A stretch of 63,645 nt of DNA, the filler included, from Perkinsus chesapeaki ATCC PRA-425 (taxonomy: Eukaryota > Protista > Perkinsozoa): NCBI GenBank assembly GCA_013115145.1. It is 6 parts of 6 records of this genome, joined end to end, with 100 filler letters (N's around TTAATTAATTAA, not from the genome) between each part and the next. Parts side by side here need not be neighbours in the genome. Positions count along the whole stretch, not along the records: positions 22,592 to 52,643 come from JAAPAO010000446.1; positions 52,744 to 55,381 come from JAAPAO010001555.1; positions 55,482 to 57,478 come from JAAPAO010001709.1; positions 57,579 to 61,106 come from JAAPAO010001396.1; 2 more parts are not named here. One strand, given 5' to 3'. Shown here piece after piece: positions 47,568-61,206 of the stretch. The first letter of the stretch is position 1, and each line of letters begins with the position of its first letter. A program made the translations under genes and the position numbers. The notes under the pieces were generated by a model, which worked only from the letters and a program-made list of their open reading frames with translations, made no database searches and was not told the origin of the DNA.

Positions 47568-50500
47568 ATGTTAGGCGTTTCACCAAAGCGCACCGAGCGA
47601 CTTGATCTTGTTAAGCCTTTATCGACTTACTGTGAGGAGTACTATGGACCGGAGGAGGCCAAAAATGTAAATCATTCGAGGTAGAGGCGATGCACCCCAA
47701 ATATGCTTATACAGGTCACCCAGTTCATCGCGTTAGCCAACTCACTGCGCGCCGAGATCGCTTCCCCTATGTCGGCAGATGGAGCAGGAGTGGGGGGCCA
47801 AGTAGAGAATCTAACACGGTCAGACCCCATCTTGGCAGGTTTCGTGTTTAATTGGAGGTTTCAGTTACTTGGCGGTGCTGACGCTGCTCGAGCAGAAGTT
47901 CAACTTTGAGCGCCAGTCCGATGCCTCACCTGCCTCTAGTACTGTCAAAGGTGAGTATGACATCTTTAGCGCTATCACTGTGCAAGCGGTAGGTCTGAAA
48001 TTTCAATGGAGCGACTCCTTCAAACCCCGTAGTGTTGGAGAGTCTCCATCTATTGCCTTCGAGAAAGCCTGTGTGCTATTTAACCTCGCAGCTGCTAAAA
48101 GGTAGCACCACATGGCGTGCTAGTCTGGCAGTCTGGCAAGATTCGTGTGTTAGTATGAAGGCTCGTGACTCTGACCGTTCATCTCCGGAAGGCCAGAAGG
48201 CTGCCATCAACGAATTCCAGGCAGCGGCCGGCATGTTTGCGATGATCAAGGACAATGTGGTAGGATGGCTGCCGATGCAGGGCATTGAAATGACGTGGGT
48301 TCTCAGCTCGCTCAGTTGGTGTCCGGTCGAACTTCGGTGGATCTCTCCAATGAGTGCCTCTCTCTTTGCGCCTCCTTGATGTTGGCCCAGGCTCAAGCTC
48401 TTGTATACGAGAAGGCAGTTAAGGACAAGCTTAATAGAGGGCTGCTTTCGAAGCTAGGTAGGCAGTCCTCATAGGCGTTTCCAGATTCCTCCATTCATGC
48501 ATTTGATACCCTTACTTTAGCTTCTCAAACCGGTAATTATTACCAGACCGCAGCGTCCTTCGCTGGGCAGCTTGGGTCGGAGGTAGACCCATCATGGAAG
48601 GCACATTGTCACTACCAGGAACTAGCATTCTTGGCAGCTGCTAACCTTCAGTAAGTTGAGGCTTTGTGTTCATTTGTCTCGAATACGTTGGCTTCTCAGG
48701 GCAGCACTCAACCAGAAGCCTCAAGTACTGGAGAAGCTCGAGGTGAGTTATGGATGCCAGCTCGAAGTACCTCGGTAATGCAACTTCAGGGTTTTGGCCC
48801 TCTCATCGCTCGATTGCGATATGCGAAGAGCTTGTGCATCCAAGCCGACACCGTGGCACAGGAAAACAGACTTGTGAGGGACGTTGATGTGAGATTGCCC
48901 GTATTGCATGTGAAAGAAGAGGTCATTACATAGGCCCTCCGTAGTGTGATAGATCAGGAACTGGCAGGTCTCGAGAAGGATAATAATACGGTTTACTTAG
49001 AAGTGGTAGTAGGGTAGACGTATTTGAGGAGTCTTGGTAGTACCATCAGGTGCCGGACAAGTCGAGCTTGTCGCCATTGGCGATGATAAGCCTCGTGAAG
49101 GCAACACCGGTGGCCGTTAATAAGATCATCGAACCGTATGCGGCTGAAATGAAGGAATACGGCCAAGTGAGAACGTCGCACGCATGGAAATAAATAGATG
49201 CTGAACTTATGCAGATATTGGACAACTTGGCACCAGCGAATGTTCGTGAGAAAGTTCAGCAATACAAGTAGTGGGTTAGTTAGACGCCTGCCTCATAGGG
49301 AGCTGAGAGCTCAGGTCCATGCTGGAGTCCCAAGTAGTGGGACCGGTTGATGAAGCCTTCTCACACATGACTGAACTTATCAATGATGCACTGGCTGAGA
49401 GAGGTCTTCCTTCTGCAGGTGAGGTACATGTTCTGAATGCGATGAGACAACTTCGAGGTTTTTAGTGCAAAAGACCGGGTCGGACGACAGTGACAGTGAG
49501 GACGTTGAAGTCCCCGAAGGCGTCTGGTCTAACATTGAGAAAGTAGTAAAGTTCCCTCCATTGGCGGGGCCCACCTTAAGTGGCAGGCAAGGCTGATGAA
49601 CTCTGGATCTGGACCTATGGGGTTGAAAGCACAGATCGACGCCCTAGATGAAATGTCGCAGGCAGCTGAGCACTCGATAGCCAAGTGCGAGGAACAGCTC
49701 CGGGAAGAGGCCCAAGAGGACTCTAGGTCAGCCAACATAAATCGAACACCTCGATGCATAGCAAGGGTAGGTGCCACGATCGTTTTGGGGATCGTTGGAC
49801 CCGGACGCCGAGTGACCAAGTGCCTCATAGTTTCTACACGCAGTTGGAGCAGTATAAGGAGAAGTTGCACTTGGCCAATGAGACTAACTCTAAATTGAGG
49901 AGGAAGGTATCGTCTCGATGCTTGATGGCCGATGCTGACACATCCGGTCTAGATTGATTCGATTGAGCCTGCAGTATTCGATTCCGTTAGCAAAAAGACC
50001 AAGGAGGAGCTGGAGGCTGATCTCCGCAGGTAGGAATCGGCGCTTCGCTCCGCTAAGGTTATGTGTATTTCCAGTACCTCGGCCATGCCTGGTCAATCTC
50101 GGCTTTCGGCAGACCCCAAGATAGAAGCGGCGAGAATACGCTGCGCAGAAAATGTAGATTACCTACAGGCTGAGCAGGTACTACGTAACTTGAATTTAGT
50201 TGCGCGTGACTCGCTCTTGTAGGCCAACGTGAAGGAAGAGGTAGAGTCATTCCGTCAGAATGCTTTACAGGATAACCCTACACCGACCCTCCTACAGAGG
50301 CAGGGGGATCTCGACGCGGCCGTCCAGGTGAGGAGATGCTGCCTAACCTCAGAGGCCTTATTGCTCAATCAGGAACTTTTAGCTGGCCATTCTAATACGA
50401 ATGTCTTGAACAGCATTAATAGCCTCCAAAGTCGGTGTCTAGAGCCCGCTATTGCATCTTACCACGAATGGAACGAGGCTGTAGTGGCCAAGATAGGACA

Positions 50501-51025
50501 GACACAGAACTCTCGACAGGGCAAACTACATGTGAGCTCGGATGATCTGATGTTTCAGAATTGCACATCCCTCCTTAGGCATGGGACTCGGCGGCAACTG
50601 CTCTGATAACATCGTCCGGAGAGGCATCTGAAGGCGTGGCCTTCTTCTCGCGTCTGCTGGACTACCTTGGACAGGTAAGAAAAATAATATTTGGCACTTA
50701 GTAGTTTCCTGGGTGTACAGGTCGACCAGCAAATAGGAGACTACGTCTTCGCAAGAACCGAAGAGAAGAACGGAATGCTTCGCAACCTTCAAGGGACTTT
50801 CGGCAACTCCCCGAATCATGTACAATAAACTTGGTACATCCGTGAGATGGTGTTATATTTTAGATGCCCTCATCGCCGTATGTTCAGCAGCAGCCTACCG
50901 GTCCCTATCAGGCGACATATTCTTACCAAGGCCAGTCTGGAACAGCTCAAGGTGGGGTTCCACAGGCATCAGCACCGTGGGCCTCCGGTGGACCTCAAAT
51001 CCATCCAGGGAACCAACGTTACTAG
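47568..51025 (+). CDS. PDCD6IP: BRO1-domain ALIX-like ESCRT adaptor
   Basis: WSDSF...IAFEKACVLFNLAA, FQAAAGMF, LMLAQAQ...YEKA, KDNNTVY (BRO1 motifs), a central helical V-domain-like region and a Pro/Tyr/Gln-rich tail ending GNQRY*. Confidence 0.85.
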
Positions 51026-51165
51026 TCATGGTCAATACGCAGATGCTGGCACGATTTTTGTAATCAACTTAAGAACTTGTAACAGTTTGCGCCCCTTCTA
51101 AGCCAAAGAATGCTGTTGCGCCCGAGGCCTGGGGTAGATCTTTTCTTGGATACAGTTGAATCTTG

Positions 51166-52063
<898 letters not shown>

Positions 52064-52407
52064 ATTCTGACTGTGTTGTGAAGATGGAATAGTGTGCGTT
52101 TGGGAGCTTTCTGTATAAGCATTCTGATCTCATACACTTGTTATCCGATATTCCCTGCTCCTTTCTGCCATAATGCCTGTAGTAAGAATTTTGTTGACAT
52201 ACTTCCCGCCAGCAAGCTAGTATTGAAGGGTTATGAGCTTGTGTTCCTTAGTAACCAAGACACGGATCGAGCTTCGATCATCGAAGGGGTGGTGGTGGTA
52301 CACGTCAGATGGGACACCCGGGCCCTCTCTTAAGTTAAGAGACTTAACCACGCAGAAACGTAACGCAATTCGTGGCGGAGGATGACACTGATTTGAAACT
52401 ATCAAAG

Positions 52408-52643
52408 CCGTACGGTACGGCAGGTACGGCAGGTACGGCCCGTACCTGCAAAGGAACTCGAGACCTACTGCGTGTCAGGCAGTCTTCTTAACCAACTAGA
52501 CCATTCCAGCGACCTGTGGACCAGGAAACTGTAGTAGTGTGTATCCCTATGTCATAATCTCACCGTATCTCCCGGTAAGATGAATACTGAAACCGAGAAT
52601 CAAACTCGGGACCTACTGCGTGTTAGGCAGTCGTCATAACCAA
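52408..52643. repeat. Short repeats at the edge of the transposon cluster: (GGTACGGCA)x3 with inverted GCCGTAC/CCGTACC, and a 41-bp direct repeat pair (52455-52495 / 52603-52643)
   Basis: Read directly; the 41-bp pair differs at 4 positions. Probably transposon terminal or LTR sequence. Confidence 0.6.
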
Positions 52644-52743
52644 NNNNNNNNNNNNNNNNNNNNNNNNNNNNNNNNNNNNNNNNNNNNTTAATTAATTAAN
52701 NNNNNNNNNNNNNNNNNNNNNNNNNNNNNNNNNNNNNNNNNNN

Positions 52744-55381
52744 CTCTCCAGGCTTCCGTAGCCTTATCTAGGATCTCTCGGGCTGAACTTTGTGCATATG
52801 GTAGCAGTGCCGATTGGGGAATGGGCTTGTCTTTCCCTTTCAAGAAGTAGAGAAACCTGTTGCGTTCATGGGGGTGGTCTATTTCATAGACCCCGGCCAC
52901 TTTTCTTTTGCCTAGGGATTGTGTGATTAGTTTCACTTTGTCCCCATGTCTATATAATGGCAAGTTGAGCCCTTTCTTACTGAGGTTGAAGAGATCTTGC
53001 ACATCCTCAGAGTCCAAGCGCTCATTGCGCAGGAGTGTATAAAGGCAATACAGGTTATGGGTGACGACATTCGTCAGGCCCCAAACTGTAAGTTGTTCAT
53101 TGTTATGTGAATCATCAGTTGCTTTGTTCTTAGGTGCGTTGGTGTCGACTGAGTCCTGTTTGAGCCTTTGCTCGGCTAGGAGATCTGCCCCCCTAAGGAG
53201 CGCACTGTGAGAAGCACCAAGAGCAAGTTCTGATGGAGTGAGACCAAGCGCATGCCGTAGAGGGACTGATTGTCTGGCGATATTAGCACAGAGGATCGAG
53301 AGGTACCATGGTATCGGGTATTCATTACTATTGTTACTCTTCATCACTTGTTTTAGAGCACCATTTAGCTGTTCTACGAGGCCTTGATGGCGGGGCGTTT
53401 CAGGCGAGCCGAATTCCTGTTCAATGTTCCAAGCTTGGAGGAATTTTTGGAATTCAGAAGATGCCAGGCCATTACCACTATCAGAGTGGATTCGATCTGG
53501 TGGCCCGTAGGCTCCAAACCAAATAAGTGAGCCAATAATGCAACTTTGGGCACTAGTATCTTGTGCAGGTATTGTCATGCTGCAGTGGGTTCCTTCATCT
53601 ATGATGACTAGGAAGTATTTCCATCCTCCTGGTGGGAGGTTGTCTATGGCCGGATTGGCTGGATTGCCGCTGATGGGCCCAATAAAGTCCATTTGAACGG
53701 TAGCAAAGCGGTCCTTCACTCGTCGCCGTGACAGTGGTTGGCCTTTCAGTCGTATGCGTCGTGCAACTTGGCAATGACAAGTCTCTATTAGTGCCTCAAT
53801 GTCTTTCGCCATTGTTGGCCACCACCATCCTTCTTCTTTGGCTTGGGCTATTGTAGCAGCAGCTGACCTGTGAATCCCAGTGAGAGGGCTGTCATGATAC
53901 GTCCATTGTATCCAGGCTTTTCCTTTNNNNNNNNNNNNNNNNNNNNNNNNNNNNNNNNNNNNNNNNNNNNNNNNNNNNNNNNNNNNNNNNNNNNNNNNNN
54001 NNNNNNNNNNNNNNNNNNNNNNNNNNACTCTCGGAGGCCGTTAATCATACGGAGTATAGCTGTCGAGTCAAAGGATCTCATCTTGACAGGTTTTTGCTGA
54101 GACCAAGTGAGGGCACTTGTATTGTCTGTATTGACAATAATAGTTTTTACAGTCAGGTCCACTGGTATGAGGTCTAGCCATTCACGAAGTTGGGCCAGGC
54201 TCTGAGAAAGACAGTACATCTCCTTACGGTTAACGTGCCAGCTATTAGCTTCATTGGTCTTGAAGGCTTTGGCGTAGGTTTCCCAGAGAATTGGGGAATT
54301 TGTCTCTTTGGACGCATCGGACAGTGAAGTAGTCCAACCATAACCAGTACTACTAGCATCACAGTTAATAATTATTGAAACATGTGTTATTTCAGATGGC
54401 AAGCTCGAATGTGCCTGATGAGGCTGCATTGCTTTCGATGCGATGCCAATGATATCTCGAAGATTAAGCTGCTGTGTCTTAGTAAGAGGCCATTTAGTGT
54501 CCCAGTCTTTGGGTGTATTGCCAGGTGCTTTCCCAGCAAAAGAACGGATATAGTCCGCACAAAGCCTAGCGTCTGCATGAAGTGTTAATGGGTCGTAGAA
54601 GGCACCAGCAATGGCAAAGGCATGACGCTTGCTAAGAGTAGCTTCTAAGGGTTCTGGGCTAGGTGGTGGAACACATCGGATCCCAAGACAACCATCTGGC
54701 AGTAACCCCCATTCAACACCAAGGTGACGAAACCATTGTGTTGGTGTTAGAACGTCTTGTTTTTCAGGAGGAAATGTTGCTCCTATCCTGGTGGCAGTAT
54801 ATTGTATAATAGAAACGAAGCGATCAACTAGTTCTGGCAGGCCAAATATCAGGAAATCATCATAATAGCAAAAGATGTGTAAGTCTTTGCACACCTCATG
54901 TAAGGAACGTGTGTCCTTTAGAGTGATATCTTGACCAACAAGGGCAGAAAGAGCAATGCTAACTAGAAGCGCAATTTGGCCGCAGAGCGCTGCGGGGCCA
55001 AAACTGACCCCAAAAACTACTCTATCACTGTAATAGCGATTGCCAAGGGTAGTAAGAGGGAGCGAATAGCTGAGGTGGCATCTATAGAAAGCTTTGCTTA
55101 GGTCAAGAAAAATACCTTTGTAGTAGCTTTTCCAGCGCAGTCTTGCTGCCATAGCAATTTGTTGGATGGTAAGACCATTGTAGCTTGCCGGGGGAAGGCA
55201 ACGATTTAGGTTACGAGCATCGCTACAAGGTCTTACCTTGGTGGACTTCCAAGCGCCTTGAGCCAGAGGAAAAGTAATAATTGAAGGGGCATCAATAACA
55301 GGAGGTACTGGAGATACTGATGTGTTGGATGAATACCACCATTTCTTGTCTAGATACATATTAATCTCTTTTCGGAAAGAC
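52744..55381 (-). mobile_element. LTR retrotransposon pol (RT-RNase H-integrase), BEL/Pao- or Ty3/Gypsy-like, gapped
   Basis: RT: FLDLSKAFY, VFGVSFGPAAL, YYDDF. RNase H: CDASSTGYGW...NTDNTSAL. Integrase: HDSPLTGIH...WWWPTM...CHC zinc finger and MDFIGP / HSDSG / E with D(35)E spacing. Confidence 0.9.
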
Positions 55382-55498
55382 NNNNNNNNNNNNNNNNNNN
55401 NNNNNNNNNNNNNNNNNNNNNNNNNTTAATTAATTAANNNNNNNNNNNNNNNNNNNNNNNNNNNNNNNNNNNNNNNNNNNNTGTCCTCAAGAAAAGAA

Positions 55499-55888
55499 AT
55501 GACAGCAGATGATTTTCCGGTGGATCATCGTTCAAAGGCTTCCTTAAAGGTCCAGGCGGTTGCAACCTTGTCTTCGGCCGGTGGCATAACACTCAACATC
55601 CAGTCTGCGTTCGCGAATGCCGTCTACATACGCCTCGCCTTATATCCGAATTCTAGGGCCACACAGAAACCACGATACCTCGGCATAAGAGTACTGCATC
55701 CGGGAACGCCGGTTCTTGTAGAGCTCACAGCTGAACAGGCGTCAATGTGGCTACAAACTGCTGCAGCCAAAAGGTCTCCCACACCGTCTCTTCGGATCGA
55801 GACAAGTCATGATCCACGAGAATGGGCTATCGTGGTGCCGCCGCGACTGGCGGATGCCAGTTTGCCACAAGCCAATGACGTCGATTAG
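55499..55888 (+). CDS. Hypothetical protein (129 aa ORF, possibly 5'-truncated by gap)
   Basis: Open ORF immediately after an assembly gap; no motif recognised. Confidence 0.25.
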   Translation: MTADDFPVDHRSKASLKVQAVATLSSAGGITLNIQSAFANAVYIRLALYPNSRATQKPRYLGIRVLHPGTPVLVELTAEQASMWLQTAAAKRSPTPSLRIETSHDPREWAIVVPPRLADASLPQANDVD

Positions 55889-56115
55889 CAAGTAAAACAT
55901 GTTCCGAGGTCATGTATGCGCTCTCTCTAAGCGTATGGCTTTTACGCGACTTTGTTTCAAGAAATTGTTTCTGAAATCTTTCTTGCAGTTCTGTGTTTCA
56001 GCAGTCAATGCTTGGCTAAGCCAATCCACCATTACAGCTCTCTGTTCCCGGTGGGAGCTTTAATCAGGAAGCTATAATAGTATTGTCTCAATAATAGTCA
56101 ACGTACTATGATCCA

Positions 56116-57478
56116 TTGCGTCAAAGTCGGCCCAATTCCCAGAGAATCCTGAACGAGGCAGAGCTTCAGCGTTCTTCTAATCGAATGCCTCGTCATCTCA
56201 ACTGGACGCAAGAGAATCAATTCACCGGGATACCCACGGGGTCCAACGCGTTTAAGGTTGCACTTGATAGACTCAAACTGGACTACGCGCCGCTATTGTC
56301 ATACCGCCGAGATAACTATGCAGTTTACCATTGTGGAGATCACTTGGGTTGCCCTAAGAAGTGGAAGCTCGTGAAGGAGGGAAATTGTATTACGGTTTTT
56401 ACGTCGGGTGAGCTTCGAGGTATTATTGAGTCTTTGACCTTCATTCATGCCAGGAGAGCACGGTCCCATTGAACGCGTGCGCAGCCGTACGCGCCACCCT
56501 CAGAAAATACTATCAGATGTGGTCGACCAGGCCTCCAAGCATCATATGACAGCAAGCGATATTTTCACCAACTTGACAGCAGACCATAAGGAATATGTGG
56601 ACGCAGGCAAAATAACAAAACAGCAGGTATCCTGGGTCTGGATTACAGGCCATCGATAACGGCTATAATAAGTATTGGAAGCAGGTTCAGAATATAATAT
56701 CTGGACTGCCACGCCGTCGTGACCTTGGCATGCCTCATATCGGGAACTTTTTCGAGCTGGAGGAAGCTTTTGAGGACTCGCGCATCGATCAGGAACTTAT
56801 CGACTATATAATTGAAGATAAAGCTCCCGCAAAAGAGTTCATCTTCCACGGGGGATACTGGTCCGATAACTTCGCATGTATTGTAGGCGGAGCAAGTAAG
56901 AATGACCGGTGCCTTAAGTTAAGGCCCTTAACCTAGGCTATTATCATATCCTAGAATGTCATGAACATTTATTGTTCCTCTTCAGGCATGCTGGCATCTC
57001 TGTTATGGTTCATCCGCTCAATGCCTTCGGGGTTTCCATTATATATGGATGCTCAAAATAAGATAATTCGTGGAAGTCAAAAAGTCGCTTGGGTTGGCTC
57101 TAGCAGGATATGGTGAGATTCAGTCATTCACGTTAAGCGAACAAACGCATAATATAGCTCGTCAGGACTGCAACTGTGCATGATAGAGTTCAGTTGCTTT
57201 AGTGAACGCTTCAGGTACGATGCTGCTCGCAGGGAATACAGGCATACTTTCGTTCCATTCTTCATGGCAATTATCAATGAAGAATGCTACGAAGTATATC
57301 ATCACCTTCTAACTCATCTGGATGTGCTTGTTCGAGCGCTTACTACTGGGGAGCAGACTCTAAGAGATGTCGTGAATCTGTGTGACCTGCCAGGTCTACA
57401 ACAGTGAAATCACGCTGATTAGGCAACGGATTCATCACACGAATAGTCAACTCAGACACATTGCGAGCCAATCTCTCA
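56116..57478 (+). mobile_element. Mutator (MULE)-like transposase fragment with introns
   Basis: N-terminal YHCGDHLGC...TSG|EH (WRKY/FAR1-like C-x4-C...H spacing) and PFFMAIINEECYEVYHHLLTHL, resembling the MULE core (F/L-A-I...E...Y..FL). Runs into an N gap. Confidence 0.45.
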
Positions 57479-57613
57479 NNNNNNNNNNNNNNNNNNNNNN
57501 NNNNNNNNNNNNNNNNNNNNNNTTAATTAATTAANNNNNNNNNNNNNNNNNNNNNNNNNNNNNNNNNNNNNNNNNNNNCAACTGTACGGATAAGAGCCAT
57601 ACTGATTACCATT

Positions 57614-58556
57614 CTACCAGCTTGCACTGTACGATATGATCCTCACTCCTTCAGCAGCCGGCTCAATCTCCCCCTCTTCAAACTCTTCCAAGGCCTCTCC
57701 TTCATTGTCTTCAATCTCATCAAACTCTCCTTTGAGAGTCTGGAAATTGTGCAGACAGAAGCACGCCAAGACTGCTCTCGCACTCTTTTCCGGAGGTCTC
57801 AATCGAAGATTACCATTACAAATTGCCCACGACCTCTTCAGGCTACGGAACTTCCGTTCAATGGCAGATCTGACGCTTTTATGCGCTAAGTTGAAAGCAG
57901 CTTCCGGTGTATGAGGGAGCGGGTCAGCATACGGCGTAAACATAGAAGGGGCCAACCCATAGGCAGAGTCTCCACAGAGCCAGTGTCCAGGAGGAACCCC
58001 GCGCATTCTTCGAGATAGCAGGCTGGACTGGTAGACTCTCGAGTCATGGGCAGAACCCACGTTGGAGCTATTTACCGATGTCCACAAATTGTTGGACCCC
58101 AAGACAGCTTGAACATTCAACGATATGTGTCTCTTGGAGTCAATAAAATCAGCTCTATCCGCCAGCGGCACAACATCCTTCAACACTACATGCGTTCCAT
58201 CAGCCAATACAGCGAGGTAGGCGTGGATCTACATCAGCATCGCCTCTGAGGATCTGGCTGTCCCCAGGAAACTCGATAAACCGATGACGGTTCAGCACGA
58301 TAGCATCAATAACTTCTTCCACACTTCGACTGACATACTCCTGGGAACACCCTAGCGTATCACCACTCGTCAGTTGGTAGCAACCGTTGCACAGATAACG
58401 AAGAGCGACCAAAAGTTTAGTCATGACATGGTGTTTCTTACTCTTCTCACGAAGTTGAAGAATACCGAGTAGCTCCCGAAGGGCTGCAGCTGAGAACCGG
58501 TACCTGTTCCTGAGCTCCTTGTCCGAAACTCCCTGTAATGGATCTGGCAGAGGCAT
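57614..58556 (-). mobile_element. PIF/Harbinger (HARBI1-like, DDE_Tnp_4) transposase, frameshifted
   Basis: LLVALRYL...G, DGTHV, SLNVQAV, GSAHDSRV, GDSAY, FNLAHKSVRSAIERKF..LK motifs. The frame breaks at about 58200 (IG* / ADGTH). Confidence 0.88.
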
Positions 58557-59001
58557 CAGGATGATAGGGAGATGGTAGTATAGAGTGTGAGTAAAATAAA
58601 CTCTTGGGTTGGACAGAGTGGTATACGGACGGTGGTTCAAAGAAAATGGGGATGGAGTGAATCACCCTGGGTGATGGTTCAAAAGATGTTGGTTGCGGGA
58701 TGTACTCTCTGCGTTACGCAGACCCGGTCTGCCAGACCGTGTAGATCTATCATATTATGTAATACACAGTGCTGTACAAGTTGTACAGCACAACTGTAAC
58801 TTTTCGTATTCCATACTTTGATTGTTAGTGGCACTATCTTAGTGCCACTAATTTAGTGGTATTATTATTTAATTATGATTATGATAATTGACTACTCTTA
58901 GGGAAACGCAACTCATTGAGAGCAAGATTACGTAGCCTCGAAAACATTAACCTAGATCACAATTCTATTACAATCTAAATTTATTAGTCTAACCACAATT
59001 A

Positions 59002-59770
59002 CTATTCACCGGCGTCTTCACTGCTGGCTGTTGTGGAGTTCACGATGGCACTCTCCTGCTCCGAGGCCTCTTCGATGGTACCGACTTCGACAAACAACAG
59101 AGTGTCAGTTTGCACAGCCTTATTCACAGGTTCTCCAGACACCTTCTTATGCATTAGAGAATAATACCCTTTAGCAGCTTCCGCAGCGTCACACAGGCTG
59201 CTAATGCACTCCGAGTAGGAACGTTTAGTACCAGACATGGTGGCCTCTGGAACAGTTGAAGGGGAAATAGAAGGAATAAGCCTATCAAGTAGAGTTGATG
59301 GAGGCGAGATGAGAGAGTTGGTGCCGTCGGGGATGTCGCCTTCAGTAGAGGTCTCGGCAGGTCCTTCAGCATCATCATTGCTGGCCGATGTGGTGGATCT
59401 CCTTGAGAGGGTTGTGACCGATGCCATGCTCTTCCGTAGTTCCTTCTCCGCAGCAGCACGTACGTCTTCTGGAGACGGGCGACCACGTTGCTTCCAGTTT
59501 CTGATGTAATTGCAGATTTGGCAGACAGTGAAGGAATCTCTCAACGCCAGAGGAATATCTCTGTTCTCCCTCATAACCTACGAGTAATGGTGAATGAGAT
59601 ACGATAATTGAAAGTATTACCAGCACTGCTTCACCGAAGGCTTTCAAAGTATACCTCTTGCTGTCCTTTGAATCCTTGGCCTGTTTCTCCCATGAGAGGA
59701 AAGCCAGGACTATGTCATAACGCTCCTGGGGGCTGAGAACGCCTTCACGGAGCGGAAGAAGAGTTGCCAT
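59002..59770 (-). CDS. Myb/SANT-like (trihelix) ORF, probable Harbinger companion gene
   Basis: Two exons. PQERYDIVLAFLSWE...FTVCQICNYIRNWKQR helix pattern followed by a low-complexity tail; same strand as and directly upstream of the transposase. Confidence 0.45.
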
Positions 59771-60042
59771 TGAGCTGGTTATAGAATAAACTATACTTCC
59801 CGCTGGAAAGGAATGAACAACACGCCAACAGTCAAGAATCCCGACACGAAACAAATAGATAAATTGAAACGTAATGCCGTTAAGTACACAATACTATCGA
59901 ATTGAAAATCTCTATAGAAAATAAATCAAAATACCGCTACTTGGACTAACGTGGACACAAGCGACGCTAGGCTAGGAACGCTAGCCATAATCAGGCTAGC
60001 TGAGTCACACAAAAGAATGACTATGTCTTGATGACCATGCTT

Positions 60043-60495
60043 TTAGTATGAAAAGCTTTTGATGGAACCTGAAAAGTGCTCCTTGAAAGACTCAGATTTC
60101 CCCAACCAACCTTCGAATGAAGCAGCTTCATCAAAAGCCGACGCGATAGACCTCATAACAACAGCGGTGATGGAGTATTTACCACCGTCGCTGGAAACAC
60201 CTCTCCTACACTTGTTGATTCTACCCGTACTTCGGCTCATCCTCGTCAGTTCGTTAAAGCCGTAAGCGCGAGCAATAGGATCTCCTGGTTTAATGCCGGC
60301 CTCGAGGTTCTGTCCAAGCCCAGTAAAACGAGTGTTCTTGTCAATGAGATCTTGTATGGACGATAGCCATTCCTCGTCGAAGGATTCCTGCTCCTCATCC
60401 GGCGGTCCTCCTCCTGTTTTGACTGGATGCAAGCGTTGGCGACGAACGATGGATACACGGCCAACAACTGAGAATGTTTGTCTAGGAACATTCAC
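60043..60495 (-). mobile_element. Fragment of a Harbinger-type Myb/SANT DNA-binding ORF
   Basis: RRQRLHPVKTGGGPP: the K/R-T-G-G-G-P motif characteristic of the C-terminal end of Harbinger Myb_DNA-bind_5-type proteins. Confidence 0.5.
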
Positions 60496-60544
60496 AATAC
60501 GTTTGTTTACAAAGTATAAAGCTAAAGTTTACCGGATGAACATG

Positions 60545-61075
60545 CTACACGACCTTGTTGTTTTTCACGAGATGACCTGTAGCTCTGCTCATCCTGCATA
60601 TAGGGCACCTCTTCTGTCCTTTTGGTATGTCTTCTGGTGGTACCATACCAAGTTCTTCAAGCTTCTTCGTGGCTCGCTGCACCCTTTCCTCATCAAGCCC
60701 TCCGGTCTGCGGTTTTGCGTCGTCACCTTTCAGAGGGCGTTTCCCACGAGGATGTCCAAGATTACCAAGCAGTTCACCGCAAGTCCGGCATCTTGCAGGA
60801 GCCTTCTTTGGTGGTTCGGGTTCAACTACATTTGCAGCTGGGTCTTCATCTATCACCACGTTGTCCACCACTGTCTCGATGAGGTCAGGGATAAGAGCCT
60901 CAGGTAGGTCAACCGCTCCTCTTTGCTGGTCTCCTCTAATCGTATCCACTGATAAAGTGCGGTCAAGCTCGCTGTTTATGGTTATCGAGTTATCGTTGAA
61001 TACTCCCATTTTCGCAGGTGACTGCTGCAGCCTTCTCTGTTCCTTCACCCAGTCAAGCGCATGCCCATAAGACAC
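60545..61075 (-). mobile_element. Probable transposase C-terminal fragment with two zinc-knuckle-like motifs
   Basis: RCRTCGELLGNLGH and RCPICRMSRATGH (C-x2-C...H); lies next to an assembly gap within the TE cluster. Confidence 0.35.
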
Positions 61076-61206
61076 TGGAAGAAGTGGTGGTGGGGTTACA
61101 GAGCCGNNNNNNNNNNNNNNNNNNNNNNNNNNNNNNNNNNNNNNNNNNNNTTAATTAATTAANNNNNNNNNNNNNNNNNNNNNNNNNNNNNNNNNNNNNN
61201 NNNNNN

